Shown: positions 1 through 12,479 of the stretch, in pieces
How the letters are laid out: every line of letters begins with the position of its first letter
Position numbering within the stretch: the first letter of the stretch is position 1
Position numbers and translations under genes: made by a program
Assembly: GCF_006345805.1 (NCBI RefSeq)
Contig: NC_043003.1
Location: forward strand, 101,804,001-101,868,000
From: Octopus sinensis
Taxonomy: Eukaryota
Reading direction: 5' to 3'
DNA length: 64,000 nt
The notes under the pieces: model-generated
Seen by the model: only the letters and a program-made list of their open reading frames with translations
The model's database searches: none
Told to the model about the DNA's origin: nothing

Positions 1-309
1 TAAGAAATAATAATTTCTTAAAGTATGTGTTAATCCCCATGTACCCAGACTTTGTGGAAACCCTGTATATATATATATATATATTTATATGATACATGCC
101 TGATGGCTTCTACACTGTTTCCACCTATCAAATTTACTCACAAGTCTATAGTAGAAGACACTTGCCAAAGGTGCTGCACTGTGGAATTGAACATGAGACC
201 ATATCGTTGCAAAGCGAGTTTCTTAAACCACACAGCCATAATCTTTACATAAGTGGCTACTGACATTAATCAAACTGAGTTAATTAGTGTTTTATGTCAT
301 ATTTTGTAG

Positions 310-421
310 GTATGAAACAGCTTGGAATTTTGTAGATCTTTGGGAATTCTATGTTTCATCACCATTGTTGTCATCATCACCACCACCACTAAAGGAACCT
401 ATAATTACCAAGACTAATTAA
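310..421 (+). CDS. Possible terminal coding exon of an unidentified neighbouring gene: YETAWNFVDLWEFYVSSPLLSSSPPPLKEPIITKTN*
   Basis: Acceptor attttgtAG at 308-309 followed by a 36-codon non-repetitive frame ending TAA at 419-421; no homology recognised. Confidence 0.25.
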
Positions 422-437
422 ATTGACTTGGCATAAC

Positions 438-982
438 TGCAGATCTGTTACCAGCCCCCACCCTCCACAAAGTCTGTTTCCTAATAACTTTCTAGAAAAT
501 GCAAATGTTTTAATGAAATTTTCCTGAGATATATTTTTGATGGTATAAGTTTAGGGTTTTTCAATAATTGTTGTGTAAAATTTCTTTGAAGGACTAGAAG
601 AATTTCAGATAATAATCTCACACCTAGATTTGTTACTTCATAATGTTCTGAAAACTGGATATTTTTAATGAAATTTCCTACAAATATGTTTCATGATAGT
701 TTCATAAGATGTAGATAATGATATAATCAGATAATGTCAGAATCTGATGTGAAAAAAAATTGGGGATGAGGTTGGATGGTCACGTTTTTGGACTTTGTTT
801 TCTAATACACTTTTATGAGGATGTCCTGCCTCATTTTTTATTTTTTTATATCAAATTCCTTTGTAATAGTAATTTACACCATCTGAAATGTATTTGTTGA
901 AAATTTCATTAGAAAACATTCATTTTCTGAAAGTTTTGAGGTAAAAAAAGCAGTTGGGGTGGGGAGGTGCACATATCTGTAG
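438..982. mobile_element. Old foldback/MITE-like element with about 105-bp degenerate terminal inverted repeats
   Basis: 438-545 is a degenerate reverse complement of 878-982 (gcagatctg...ccccaccc...aatgaaatttt...gatgg). Confidence 0.5.
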
Positions 983-1049
983 TAACACCAGTGACTAAAT
1001 GATTGTTTGAGAGTATTTTTTTATAAACAAAAAAACACCATATTCTTTT

Positions 1050-1215
1050 ATTCTCTTATTCTTTTACTTGTTTCAGTCATTTGACTGCAGCCATGCTGGA
1101 GCACTGCCTTAAAAGGTTTTTAGTTAAAGAAATTGACACTAGGACTTATTCTTTGTAAGCCTAGTACTCATTCTATTTAACTGTTTTGCAGAACTACTAA
1201 GTTACAGGCAAGGGC
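1050..1215 (-). mobile_element. 3' half of CORE-type tRNA-derived SINE (CR1-tailed family)
   Basis: Reverse complement of gcagtgctccagcatggctgcagtcaaatgactgaaacaagtaaaag, the same tail as 16348-16410. Confidence 0.8.
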
Positions 1216-1634
1216 CTTGTTTCAGTGGGGTACTAGGAAACAAGTTACTGCATTTTTCCATCTTTTGGCCCCTACTTTTCCCCAGTTATGTGTTTTCAAT
1301 CAGTTTTGAATTTTGTTCGTTTGATATTTATATCCATTTGCTAAAAATTAAGGAAGATCAATTCATCAATAATTTGAATGAGAATTGTATAACATTTTTA
1401 TATGTATTTGTCTCACTAAGCGAATATAGATAAATAAACAGTACAATTTTTTTATCAAACTCACAAGGGAAATGCAAACAATTTAATTTTCTACTCTTGA
1501 ATTTCAGCTGCTTTTGTTTTTTGCGTAGTATATAATATCTTCAATTGTTAACATCTCAGACAATATTTTCATTGATCACAACACTTATATAAAAAAATCA
1601 CCATTTTCAAGTGAGTTTTTGCTGCACATGTAAT

Positions 1635-1668
<34 letters not shown>

Positions 1669-1819
1669 GCTTTTTCAAAGATAGTTCAATCAGGAAGAGT
1701 TCATTTGCAAACACACGTACACACTCATATATATAACATCTTTTAAATTGCATTTTCAAACCTTCTTTCGTATATAATTCCACTCGTGCGGTACCCCAAA
1801 ACTCCACTTTGTTATATAT

Positions 1820-2715
1820 ATATGATGCATGTGTGCAGACAGCCATGCTACATGGCAGTGAAACATGGGCCATGACTGCTGAGGACATGCGTAAGCCTGC
1901 AAGGAATGAAGCTAGTATGCTTCGCAGTATGTACATATATGTGCATACATGACAGAGTGTAAGCGCCCTGAGAGGAAAGTTGGATATAAGAAGCATCAGA
2001 TGTGGTGTACAAGAGAGGATACTGCACTTGTATGATCATGTGTTGCATATGGATGAGGACTGCTGTGTGAAAATGTGTCACACCCATTTTCAGTAGAGGG
2101 AACCTGTGGAAGAGGTAGACCCAGGAAGACCTAGGATGCGGTGGTGAAGCACGACCATTGAATGTTGGGCCTCATGGAAGTGATGACAAGTGACCCAGAC
2201 CTTTGGAGATATGCTGTGCTTGAGAAGACTCGGCACGCCAAGTGAGACTGTAACCTTGGCCTATGCCAGCGCAGCATAACTGGCCCATTTAAGAGTACCC
2301 TTCAATCATTGGGAAATAAACTGCACTTGTGGAGACCTGTTGAGTCAAGTGAAGTCATTTTCATGGTCGATGACAGTACCGCCTGATTGGCACCCATGCA
2401 GGTGGCACATAAAAAGCACCATTTGAGCGTGATCGTTGCCAGTGCTGACTGACTGGTCTTATGCCAGTGGCATCTAAAAAGCACCATTTGAGTGTGGTTG
2501 ATGCAAGTACTGCCTGACTGGCCTCGTACTGGTGGCACATAAAAAGCACCCACTGCACTCTCGGAGTGGTTGGCATTAGGAAGGGATCCAGCTGTAGAAA
2601 CTTTGCCAAGTCAGATTGGAGCCTGATGCAGCCTTCTGGCTTGCTAGCCCTCAGTTAAACCATCCACTCTATGTCAGCATGGAAAGTGGACATTAAACGA
2701 CAATGACTATGATGA
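1820..2715 (+). mobile_element. 5'-truncated RTE LINE (ORF2 C-terminus, 3' UTR, GAT-like tail)
   Basis: Decayed frame with HGSETW and GRGRPRKT motifs; 3' UTR with tandem gtggcac-taaaaagcacc units ending gacattaaacga(caa/tga)n. Confidence 0.85.
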
Positions 2716-2740
2716 TATATATGTGTGTGTGTGTGTGTGT

Positions 2741-2805
<65 letters not shown>

Positions 2806-3379
2806 TACAGTCCCACTGAGAATGTGGGTCGCCAGGGTGGCGCCCCAAAGCCCATGTGTTTAAATGGCTCACAAGCCAGATGAAGAAAAAAATACGAGGG
2901 TGTTCCTGAAATGAATTTTAAAAAAACAAAGAAAATAAATGAAAGAGGCTTGTCAATGAATTCCCTAGGGAGATAAAAGAAAACTGAAAGAAATCAAAGA
3001 AAATAAAAATAAGAACATGTGAACTATGACAACAGTTATATGAACAACTTCAACGGAAATGACGAGAAAAAGAAGCAATGGTGGGTGCATACTTATACAT
3101 TCATGCATACATACATACATACACATATTTACACACATAGGCTGGCGTTGGTGGTTGATGAGGTAATAAAATCTGGAGACAAAATTCTCTCTTAATCAAA
3201 CAAAAAAAAACCCATAAATCATGGGAAACACCAAAATTGAAAGCGACCTGAGTAAAATTAAAGGGGCTCATTTTGTGAATGAAAAAGACTAGATCCTAAA
3301 TCATGCCAACTTACTTATAGGCACATGTACACACTCTTAAATAAAGATGCATGCATGTATACAAATATATAAATGTGTA

Positions 3380-4358
3380 GGATCTAGTCTTTTTCATTCA
3401 CAAAATATCCATTTTTTAAAAGACAGTAAAAAATTTGAAAATTGGCTATATTAATGTAGTTTTTCAGTCTAATTGCTATGAAGGTATGATTTTGTGGAGA
3501 AAAAAATTGGAGGAAAAAGTTTTACAGGTTTAAAAATCAAAAACTGTGTACTTTTAGTCAATAGCAAGACTGAAATTTTTTGTGTTTCTTTAAGGTTTCT
3601 AAAGAAACTTTATGGCTTCTAAAGAAACAGAAATACTTAATAAAATCTGCCTGTATCATATGTTTCTTTTGTCTCTTCATTGATTGTATGTTTTTATTCT
3701 TTTAATTTGTTATATTAATATATTTGTCTGCATGGGTTTACTTTATGCGTATTTCAGTATTATGTATACCTGTCATGTATTTGTGTACATCATTAATATA
3801 TAACTGCATGTGTGTGTGTGTGTGTGAAAAGGGGGCATCTGTCTCCCAAACTTCAAAGTTGAGTAACATTTTCATGCTTGGATTTGTAAGCTACGATAAG
3901 AATATCATTGGTCAACAAAGAATTTGTCTCAAGAAAAAGAATACCTGTACCTTTATATGTTTTTGCATGCAGAATTCAAAAATAATGTCAAATTATCTGT
4001 ACCTTCACATTGCAATCAACTTTTGCTATATATGAAAAATATGTAAAATATTAAGACAATTGACAAAAAATATCTATAATAAAATCTCTTGGTGTGAACA
4101 TTCAACACAACAACCAGGTGAAAAACAACACAACGTGTGGTTGTCATGGTAACAAGCTGTTAATGCCTCGCTGTTGATTGGCTAAAATTACACAAATTTC
4201 CCAACTCTAATTCCAAATAACATCAGATTCTTTAATTTATGAGATAAAGTAAATGGTTGATCATAATCAAAATTCGGAGTTGCATCAATACACCCAAATT
4301 GAAAGCAATCTGAGTAAAATTAAAGGGGCTTCATTTTGCGAATGATAAAGACTAGATC
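3380..4358. mobile_element. About 980-bp non-autonomous TA-flanked MITE (Tc1/mariner type); a partial second copy ends at 3296
   Basis: Left TIR ggatctagtctttttcattcacaaaat (3380-3406), right TIR attttgcgaatgataaagactagatc (4333-4358), TA at both ends; 3229-3298 repeats 4291-4360. Confidence 0.7.
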
Positions 4359-4435
4359 TAATATATAGCTATATGCATACGTAAATGTATGTATATATGT
4401 AGATTTATATGTATATATTACACACATATGTGCAA

Positions 4436-4800
4436 TGTGGCTGTGTTGTAAGAAGCTTACTTCTCACCACATGTTTCCTGGTTCAGTCCTGCTGCCTGGG
4501 CTGATCAAAGCTCTGTGAGTGGATTTGATAGACAGAAACTAAAAGAAGCCCATCATGTATATGTATATATATTGAGAATAACAAGGTAGTCAGAATATAT
4601 GTTAATCTCAATATACAATATCTGTACATCACTTCAAAAACCCTCTACATATGTGTGTGTGTATATATATATATACATATGTATATATGTCTGTGTATAT
4701 CCTTGCATTTGTGTTTGCCCTCCCACCAACGCTTGTTGGTTTGTTGACGTTCCCATAACTTGCCAAGGCGATACTCCAGCATGGGCATAGTCCAAAGACA
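4436..4800 (+). mobile_element. Decayed CORE-type tRNA-derived SINE
   Basis: gtggctgtg...ggttcagtcc head, internal microsatellite, ctccagcatgg tail. Confidence 0.7.
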
Positions 4801-4841
4801 GAAAAAAAGGGCAACGTGTATATATGTGTGTGTGTGTGGAA

Positions 4842-5252
4842 CAGGGGTCTCAAACTCAAGGACACAAAAGGGCCATTATGTCTTGGAGGAGGGGCACAGT
4901 GGGCTAAAAGGGGTGGTGGGTGATGATTTTTATCAGTTATAATCCTTTCTACTACAGGAACAAGGCCTAAAATCTGGTGCTGGTGGTGGGGGTCTAGTCA
5001 ATTACACCAATCCCAGTACACAACTGGTACTTAATTTATCGACCCCAAAAAGATGAAAGGCAAAGTTGAGAATGGCAGAATTTGAACTCAGAAGCTAAAG
5101 ATGGAAAAAGTGCTGCTAAGCATTTCACCAGATGAGCTAAGGATTCATCCAGCTGGGCACCTTATTTTCACCAGTTATAAGGTTATCTGATATACTGGTT
5201 CTACCACAGGCCATAGAAAAGTAGGTCATGGGCCGCATGTTTGAGCCCCCTG
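4842..5252. mobile_element. hAT (Charlie/OC1-type) MITE interrupted by a SINE at about 4945-5165
   Basis: TIRs CAGGGGTCTCAAAC and GTTTGAGCCCCCTG; inner SINE flanked by cagttataa duplication. Confidence 0.75.
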
Positions 5253-6429
5253 GTGGAGATAGATAGATAGATAAATAAATATAAGTATGCAAATATTTGT
5301 ACACACACACATACTTTTACTTGTTGCAATGATTATATTGCAACCATGTTGAAGCAATGCCTTGAAGGGTTTAGTGGAATTAATTAACCCCAGTATATAT
5401 TTTTGAAGTTTGGTACTTATCTATCAGTCTCTTTGTTGAACCTGCTACATTACAAGAATGTAAACAAACTAACACCACTTATCAAGCAGTTGTGTGGGGA
5501 CAAACACACAACACACACACGAATTAAGTGAAGTAATGAATTAGCCAAAGACCAACTAGTCTAATTCTACTTATAGTTATGTCAGATTAAATTTTTCTTT
5601 TTAATGTGGAAGAATTGATTGAGCATATGGTCGATCTGGAACCATTTAATGACCATTCTACTACAATCAATTTTTTTTTGTAATGGGATTTCAATTCAAG
5701 TGAAAAAAAAAATCTTGTGCAATATTATTTGGTTGAGGAAAAAGTTTGTGCATCATGTTAAAATAATGCTTTTTTGAATCATAGCCGGCCGCCAACACTT
5801 TTTTCTGCAAAATAGGGGTAGCTTATCCTGTTCAGGCTATATTATTAGCATTATCCTGCGTTTGAGAATTTAAAAAAATCACTTCTTTAACTTTTTTATA
5901 TATTTTTGTGGTGTGTGTGTTCATTCAGTTCATTATTTTAACATGGTGCACACCCGATCCAACTTGGATCGGATGTTCAATAAATTGATGAAAAATTAAT
6001 TGCAATATATTGGTCCAATTAATTGATTGGAGTTGTACTGCTAATTAAATAATTGATTGTTATCATATCAGTTAATCAATCATTAAATTTGAAAACAAGC
6101 TGTGGGTCTATAAAGATACACCTGGCAGTTTTGATGTCACAATGGGAAGTTCTGACTCAGTACAATTGGCTGATTTGGTTGGTACATATATCTTTTATGG
6201 GATTGCTGACCAATTCCCAAACAACAATAGAGGTCTATATCATTCATTGCAGTTAATTGCAACATTGTCAGTGAAAGTTTTTCAAATGGCTCATACTTTA
6301 TTCGATGTTCAATTGGCAAATACAGTGTTCTATTATTTGAGGTACTGTGTTGACACTTTGTTCTGACTGCTGAGAAAGATTCACACATTTTGTCATGCTT
6401 AGGAATTGACTATTGTGTATGTTGTCAAG

Positions 6430-7690
6430 TGTTGATGCTTGTATACTGTTTTGCTAGCATTTTCGCCAATGGCAAGTGAAATATCATTCACTGCTTCTGA
6501 TTATGTCGAATTAATAGAGGAGTATGTGTTAAGTGTCTATAACAAAAATTTGGAAAATACCATAGCTATAACTGGAGATAATACTGAAGTGAACAAATCT
6601 ATAGTGAATCTGTGTAGAATACCTATTTCTTTACTACCCACAAGGGGCTAAACACAGAGGGGACAAACAAGGACAGACAAACGGATTAAGTCTATTACAT
6701 CGACCCCAGTGCATAACTGGTACTTAATTTATCAACCCTGAAAGGATGAAAAGCAAAGTCGACCTCGGCGGAATTTGAACTCAGAATGTAATGGCAGACG
6801 AAATACGGCTACACATTTTGCCCAGTCTGCTAACGATTCTGCCAGCTCGCCACCTTCAGAATCTGTGTAGAATACCATTGATTGGATGTGTCTGCCATAA
6901 ATTCAATCTAACTGTTTCTGCTTATCTCAACAAGTAGGAAGTTCTGCTTGATAAAATTAATATGTTGATGGGCAAGCTAAAATCATTAAAACTTGTGGGT
7001 AAACTTCGGGAAAAAACGTCTTTGCAACCTATACAAAGAAATAAAACTTGATGATCCAGTAGTTATGACATGATTGAGAGGTACATCCAACTCAAACCGT
7101 TTTTTAGACTCTTTTCAAGGCCATCCAAAGCTGGTTGATTATCAGACTCTAAAAGACAATTTAGCAAAGTTACGCTCAGTAATGGTCACCTTGCAAAGAA
7201 CGGAAATAAATTTGGGAGGTGCTCAAATTCTTTTTGATGAAATTCTCACATTGTATCCTTATGAGGAATTTAAAAAATATTTGTTTCTATCAGCAGCCAT
7301 TGCGCACAGCCAAAATTTTGAAAGTGGATTTGTGAAAATTTTACAACATGCAGAAGCAGAGCTAACTACGGATGAAGTGGCTGATCTACATCTGCTGAAA
7401 ATGGTGACAGACACGTCACAACAGTCTGATTTACCTGTAGATAATAATTTTGCTTAAATTTGCTTGAAAAAACACAAAAAAGATAAAATTTCACCTCAGC
7501 AGTATCTGAACTGTAGATTTTTGTTACCAACATCCAACATCTTGGAACGTTTCTTCAGCTCAGCAGGTTACGCCTTTTAATCATTTTCGGCAATACTTAA
7601 CACCAATGAATTTAGAAATGCAATTATTTCTAAAAGTCAATCGCACTTTCTGGGATGAAGAACTAGTTTCAGAAATCTGCAATTGTTCAT
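6430..7690 (+). pseudogene. Decayed hAT transposase (central and C-terminal dimerisation parts); element spans roughly 5580-8010
   Basis: After removing the SINE the frame reads LLAFSP...GDNTEVN...LCRIPLIGCVCHKFNL...RNKT**SS...LPTSNILERFFSSAG...PMNLEMQLFLKVNRTFWD with stops and frameshifts. Confidence 0.85.
6624..6858 (-). mobile_element. tRNA-derived SINE (Meta-like central domain) with 18-bp TSD
   Basis: Perfect TSD gaatctgtgtagaatacc at 6606-6623 and 6859-6876; head ggcgagctggcagaatcgttagc, B-box gagttcaaattcc. Confidence 0.92.
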
Positions 7691-8362
7691 GACCTTTTGC
7701 TATATTGCAACATTTTAATTGTGCTACTCTTTTGAGAAACTCTTTCAATTAAAGACCTTCAATTTCTTTGTTTTTCAACTATTGTACAATGTAGTTTGTT
7801 CCCTATTCTAAATCAATAAAATCAAACTTTGAATGTTTTCTGCTAATAAAGTTTTTTGAAACTATAAGACGTGCCTTTTAATTTCCTATCATTTTGGCTC
7901 TAATCTAAATCGAAGTGTTTTTATGTTTGGCAAAATAATTGACAATTAACTGCAATAATTGATTGGAAAGGTTCCAATCAATTATTTACAAATCCTGACC
8001 ACGACACTTGTCTTGATGAGTAAAAAAAAAAAAAGTGTAGGTTTTGAATATGATTTTTGACATTACCATTTTTTCAGCATATTGACCTGAGTAGTTTTCT
8101 ACTTAAAATTTTCCTTATATGTATAATTGGCATCATTGGATTCCTCTGGTGGAGATCTATCAGAAAAGTTGAATTTAAACATCGTTTTGTTTTGAAATAA
8201 GAATAATATCTGGAGTCAAAGTCGATTTCAGGTGTTTCGCCAGTCTTTACCTCAGTACTTTTTTTCTACTGAATATGTTTGCATATAAGTAATATAGATA
8301 GATTCCTCTCACCGAGATCTATCATATAAGCTAAAATAAAATATAGATTTCTTAAAACAAAA

Positions 8363-9449
8363 CCCTTTCGTTACCAAACCGCCCAAAGCCACCCGAAAAA
8401 AATTTTGGTTAATGTGACCAAACCGCCCAAACCCACCCGTATTTACCTATTCATATTTAAATGAGAATATCAGGGCAAATCTCTTTAGTACATTCGTGAA
8501 AACACATGATTATACTTCGTAAACAGTTCATCTACAGTTTTGTACAACGATCGAAGTGTAATTATAATTCCGTGAATTTTGGGAGATTTTTTTCCGAAAT
8601 TTGTTCCTATTGTGTTTTCAAAATTTGTAATTCTGACAAAAAATGGATACAAATTTCATTATATCAAGCAGCGAGTCAGAATTCGAAGGCTTTTCTACTA
8701 AAGACCTTGATAAATCTAACTCTATGACTGAAAAAAAAAAGCACGTGGTATTTGATAATGAATGTGATGTTTCATTTTCTGAAAGTGAAAACAGTGAATC
8801 CGAGAGCTCCGACAGCGATAAAGAAAATGAATTGGCACCTGAATGGAGTGAAAATTTAAAAACTGTTTCTTTCGGTGATTTTTCTGAAGAAACTGGACCA
8901 AGCCACAGACTTTCCCAGGAGAGTAAAGTGATAGACTATTTCTTTTTACTTTTTCCGATGAGTCTATTTGAAATCATTACGGCGGAAACGAACCGTTATG
9001 CTAAATGTAAACAAAGCGAAAGAAAGGATAGTTAGTGGTTTCCCACAACCTTAAATGAAATTAAGACTATTTTGCCATAAATATTATTATGGGTATCAGA
9101 AAGTTACCCAGAATAACAAATTCTATCGTAAAATTTTGTTGTATACCCAATTGAATATTAGCTAATAACCCATTTTCTATAGCGATGTTTGAACAAAATT
9201 TTAATAATTTTATATTTTGTTGAATTTACCTGTATCTACCTGCAATTAGAGTCACTTTGTGACAAAAATTATAGTATAGAATTGGTTGAGAACATTTCAT
9301 TCAATTATCTTCCAAAAATCACATTAATATATTGATAAATAAAAAAGTTATAGTTGTTTAATGAAACCAGACTAAATTTATGATTATGTTAGAAATTAAT
9401 TGAAACACATGAGGGGTGTATTTTGGTCAGAAATATAGTAACGAAAGGG
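8363..9449 (+). mobile_element. Internally deleted piggyBac element (1087 bp) retaining the transposase N-terminus (8643-9035)
   Basis: TIR CCCTTTCGTTAC / GTAACGAAAGGG, TTAA at 9450-9453 (left copy decayed); acidic N-terminus plus DYFFLLF...ETNRYA...W-x-x-TTxxEIK motif; 22-bp subterminal direct repeats near 8374 and 8419. Confidence 0.88.
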
Positions 9450-9824
9450 TTAATTCTAAGATGCCCTGTACATACCATGGCTACTCTGAATTATTTCTGT
9501 TGCCTCATTTTCATTTCCTTTATCATTTAGGTTCCAGGTAAGTTTTGACCAATGAAACAATAAGAAAAGACACATCTCACAGATTCATGGATGACTACAA
9601 CCTGTTTGGATTTGGACTGCCACTGTGAATATATGTATGTCTGTATGCATGTAAGTATATGTGTGCGTGATTGTGTGTGTACATGCGCGCGCCTAGATTT
9701 GTGTCATTTCTTAGTGTTTCATTGGTCAAAACTTACCTGGAACCTAAATGATAACGGAAATGAAAATGAGGCAACAGAAATAATTCAGAGTAGCCATGGT
9801 ATGTACAGGGTATCTCAGAATTAA
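9450..9824. repeat. Foldback with about 125-bp arms, bounded by TTAA at both ends
   Basis: 9450-9575 is a near-perfect reverse complement of 9696-9824. Confidence 0.9.
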
Positions 9825-12029
9825 CTATCTATTTTAGTAAAATCAGACAAATTTAAAAAACTCACTTTTACTTATGTTTATCATCTGTATATATATAAGG
9901 CAAGACGTGTGTGTACGTGATTGTAGTTTATGCACATCCACAAATGAGCACAAATGTCGCTCAAATTTTAGGAGGACATTCGTCAACATCCTGTCTGGGT
10001 TTTGTCAACTTATTTTTTTCCGAGGCACCCACGGATAGCGGTAAAAATCTATTTTCAGCCATAGCTTTTAGCAGTAAAAATCCTATTTTCAGCCATAGCT
10101 TTTTGACGGCGTCTAACAAAAAAAAAACAAGATAAAGAAAAGTGGAAGAGAAGCGGGGTTTCACAGCGTCTAAACAAAAAAAAGGGAAAGACAAAGTGAG
10201 AGAGAGAGTAAGTGACAATGTTCATAAAATGTAAAATGTTTTGTTTTTCTTAAACACAAGATATAGTGTTCAAATTCAGGGTGTTTTTGAAAGACACTAT
10301 ATTTTATAATCATAGTATATATACATTCTCACACAATTACAATATATTTATTTTAAATTGTTCATCTTTCTCCCCCCATCTCACTCACACACATTACTTT
10401 GGGTGCGAAAGAGTTTTGTTTTTATTTTACGCTGAGTAAAAAGTGTTTTGTTGACAATCCATTTATTTAACAACAAAGAAACAAAGGGGTAGGTAACAGT
10501 TTGTCAGTGAATTACACAATATAAATGGGAACAATTTGTGAGACTTCCACCAGACCCCACTCCATTTCACGGACCACAAAAAGGGTTTTGTAGCATATTA
10601 GGAGGCCAGAGTAGTTGATTCCATGCAAAAAACCCGGTTTTTTTTTTCTTAGTGAAAATCGTGCAAGTGTTAATCTACAAATTTAACATTTTTTCCATTC
10701 ATTTCTGTTTAGCTGAGTGAATCAATGAAGATAACCTTATACTCATTGATTCACTCAGCTATTAAAGTCTTATCACACAGCCACTTTCTCTATTCCCTAA
10801 AATTTGTCTTTCTCAGATTTTTCAAACCTACTTTTTTGGTCTCTCGTTAAACCACGATTAGCAGACCCTCTTCCTAGTTAGAGGTGCGTCCACCCTCCCA
10901 CCCCCTCCACCTGTACTGGAAGTTCCTATCCTTTACCATTCCTGGTTGCCTCCCATGAACACTGCTAAAGGCATTTTGCCATCCCCACCCCCAGTCTCGG
11001 GCTATTCTCCTATGTAAGGTAATGTTCTTATAGTGCAAAATATGAAAGGGTAGTGCTATGCAGGTTGAATTGAAGGCTACTGTATTGCTTGCTCATGAAT
11101 TCTGCCAAATGCGAGTTTTCTTTTCAGGTACATGAAGCTACTGTCCCCCGTCCCATGGTCTCTAGGGCCCATACCTCCCACACCCTTGGCACTATATGAG
11201 TACAGTTAATATCAGGTCTGCTGGCAAGTTAGTACTATGAATAAAGTTTCCTTAATTCAAACAATTTACTAAACATACTTAAAAAGCAATAACAAATACC
11301 CTAAGATAAGAATGAAATACTAATTAAATTTAATCATTAAAAGTTATAAACAAAAGTATATTAACTCAAAAAATACTATTGCAATCAACAGGTTGTGACT
11401 ATATTACATTACCTTCGAATTAGTTTATTCCTATCAAAAAATCTAATAATTTAAAAATTATAGTCAAATAATATATCAATTCTAAGTGGGTGCAGCCATA
11501 CAATTTCAATCAATGGGCAACACTTACAGTTCTACATAGTACAACAAATTTATACAAATTTGTATAAATACAGTTAATAAAGGAGCTTGTCTTACCAATG
11601 AGTTGTTTAAAAAAAACCTTATTAGATGTGTAGCAAACACGTGAGGGAAATTCCTCTCCTCTCTATTATATATACATACATACGAACATAGTAGATAACA
11701 GCCAGCCTTTGTCCACTACTCTGATTGGTTGGTATTGGCACAATTTGTCTCTTACTCTATTGCGCCAATACACAGCGTATAACTAATCGAAGCCCCTAAA
11801 TAAGGTCACGTGTGACAGCCTGTTCTCAACTCAGTTTTAAGCCTACAACTCCTTATAAAAACCCAGCTTCTCCTCGTCTCAATATCTTTCAGTTCCAGAC
11901 CGTTTAAGGTTTAGCCACTGACCACACAAGATATGTATTTCATTATTTCACTTTAGTTCTTAACTATACGGTTTTTGTATGTTATTAATTACCCAACGAG
12001 ATATATGGATCGTTAATTATTTCTAGCGT

Positions 12030-12068
<39 letters not shown>

Positions 12069-12479
12069 TATAAAGTGCGTCGCATTTTAAAGGGTGGCAT
12101 TTTAATTTTTTTATAACCTTTCCCTGACCGTTGGGCTCAGAGATTACTTCCTATACTCATTAATTTCCCTTGCCGTTAGCAGGACAAAAGATCATTTTAA
12201 AAAATTTTTCCCGCCGGTTCAACTCCAACCAATGGAACTAGAGCATAATGTTTTCCTGTTAATTTCACCTCCATAACAATATATATATACCTAAATATAT
12301 ATATACCTATATATATATATATATAATAATAATAATATTAGGGAGTAAATCCAAACTTACAGGCAAAAATTAGATTTAGGATTAAATCCAATTTTACAGT
12401 ATAAATATATGTATGTATGTATGCATATATTTTATTTATTAAATTGTTATCATATATATATATATACACACAACTGAAG

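Noticed and set aside
3270-3406. Perfect 29-bp inverted repeat with 79-nt spacer
   Set aside because: Explained as facing TIRs of two adjacent copies of the same MITE rather than a separate structure.
9880-10300. Helitron-like start (atctgtatatatataa) with a 34-bp internal duplication
   Set aside because: No 3' hairpin plus CTRR end was found, so the class cannot be supported.
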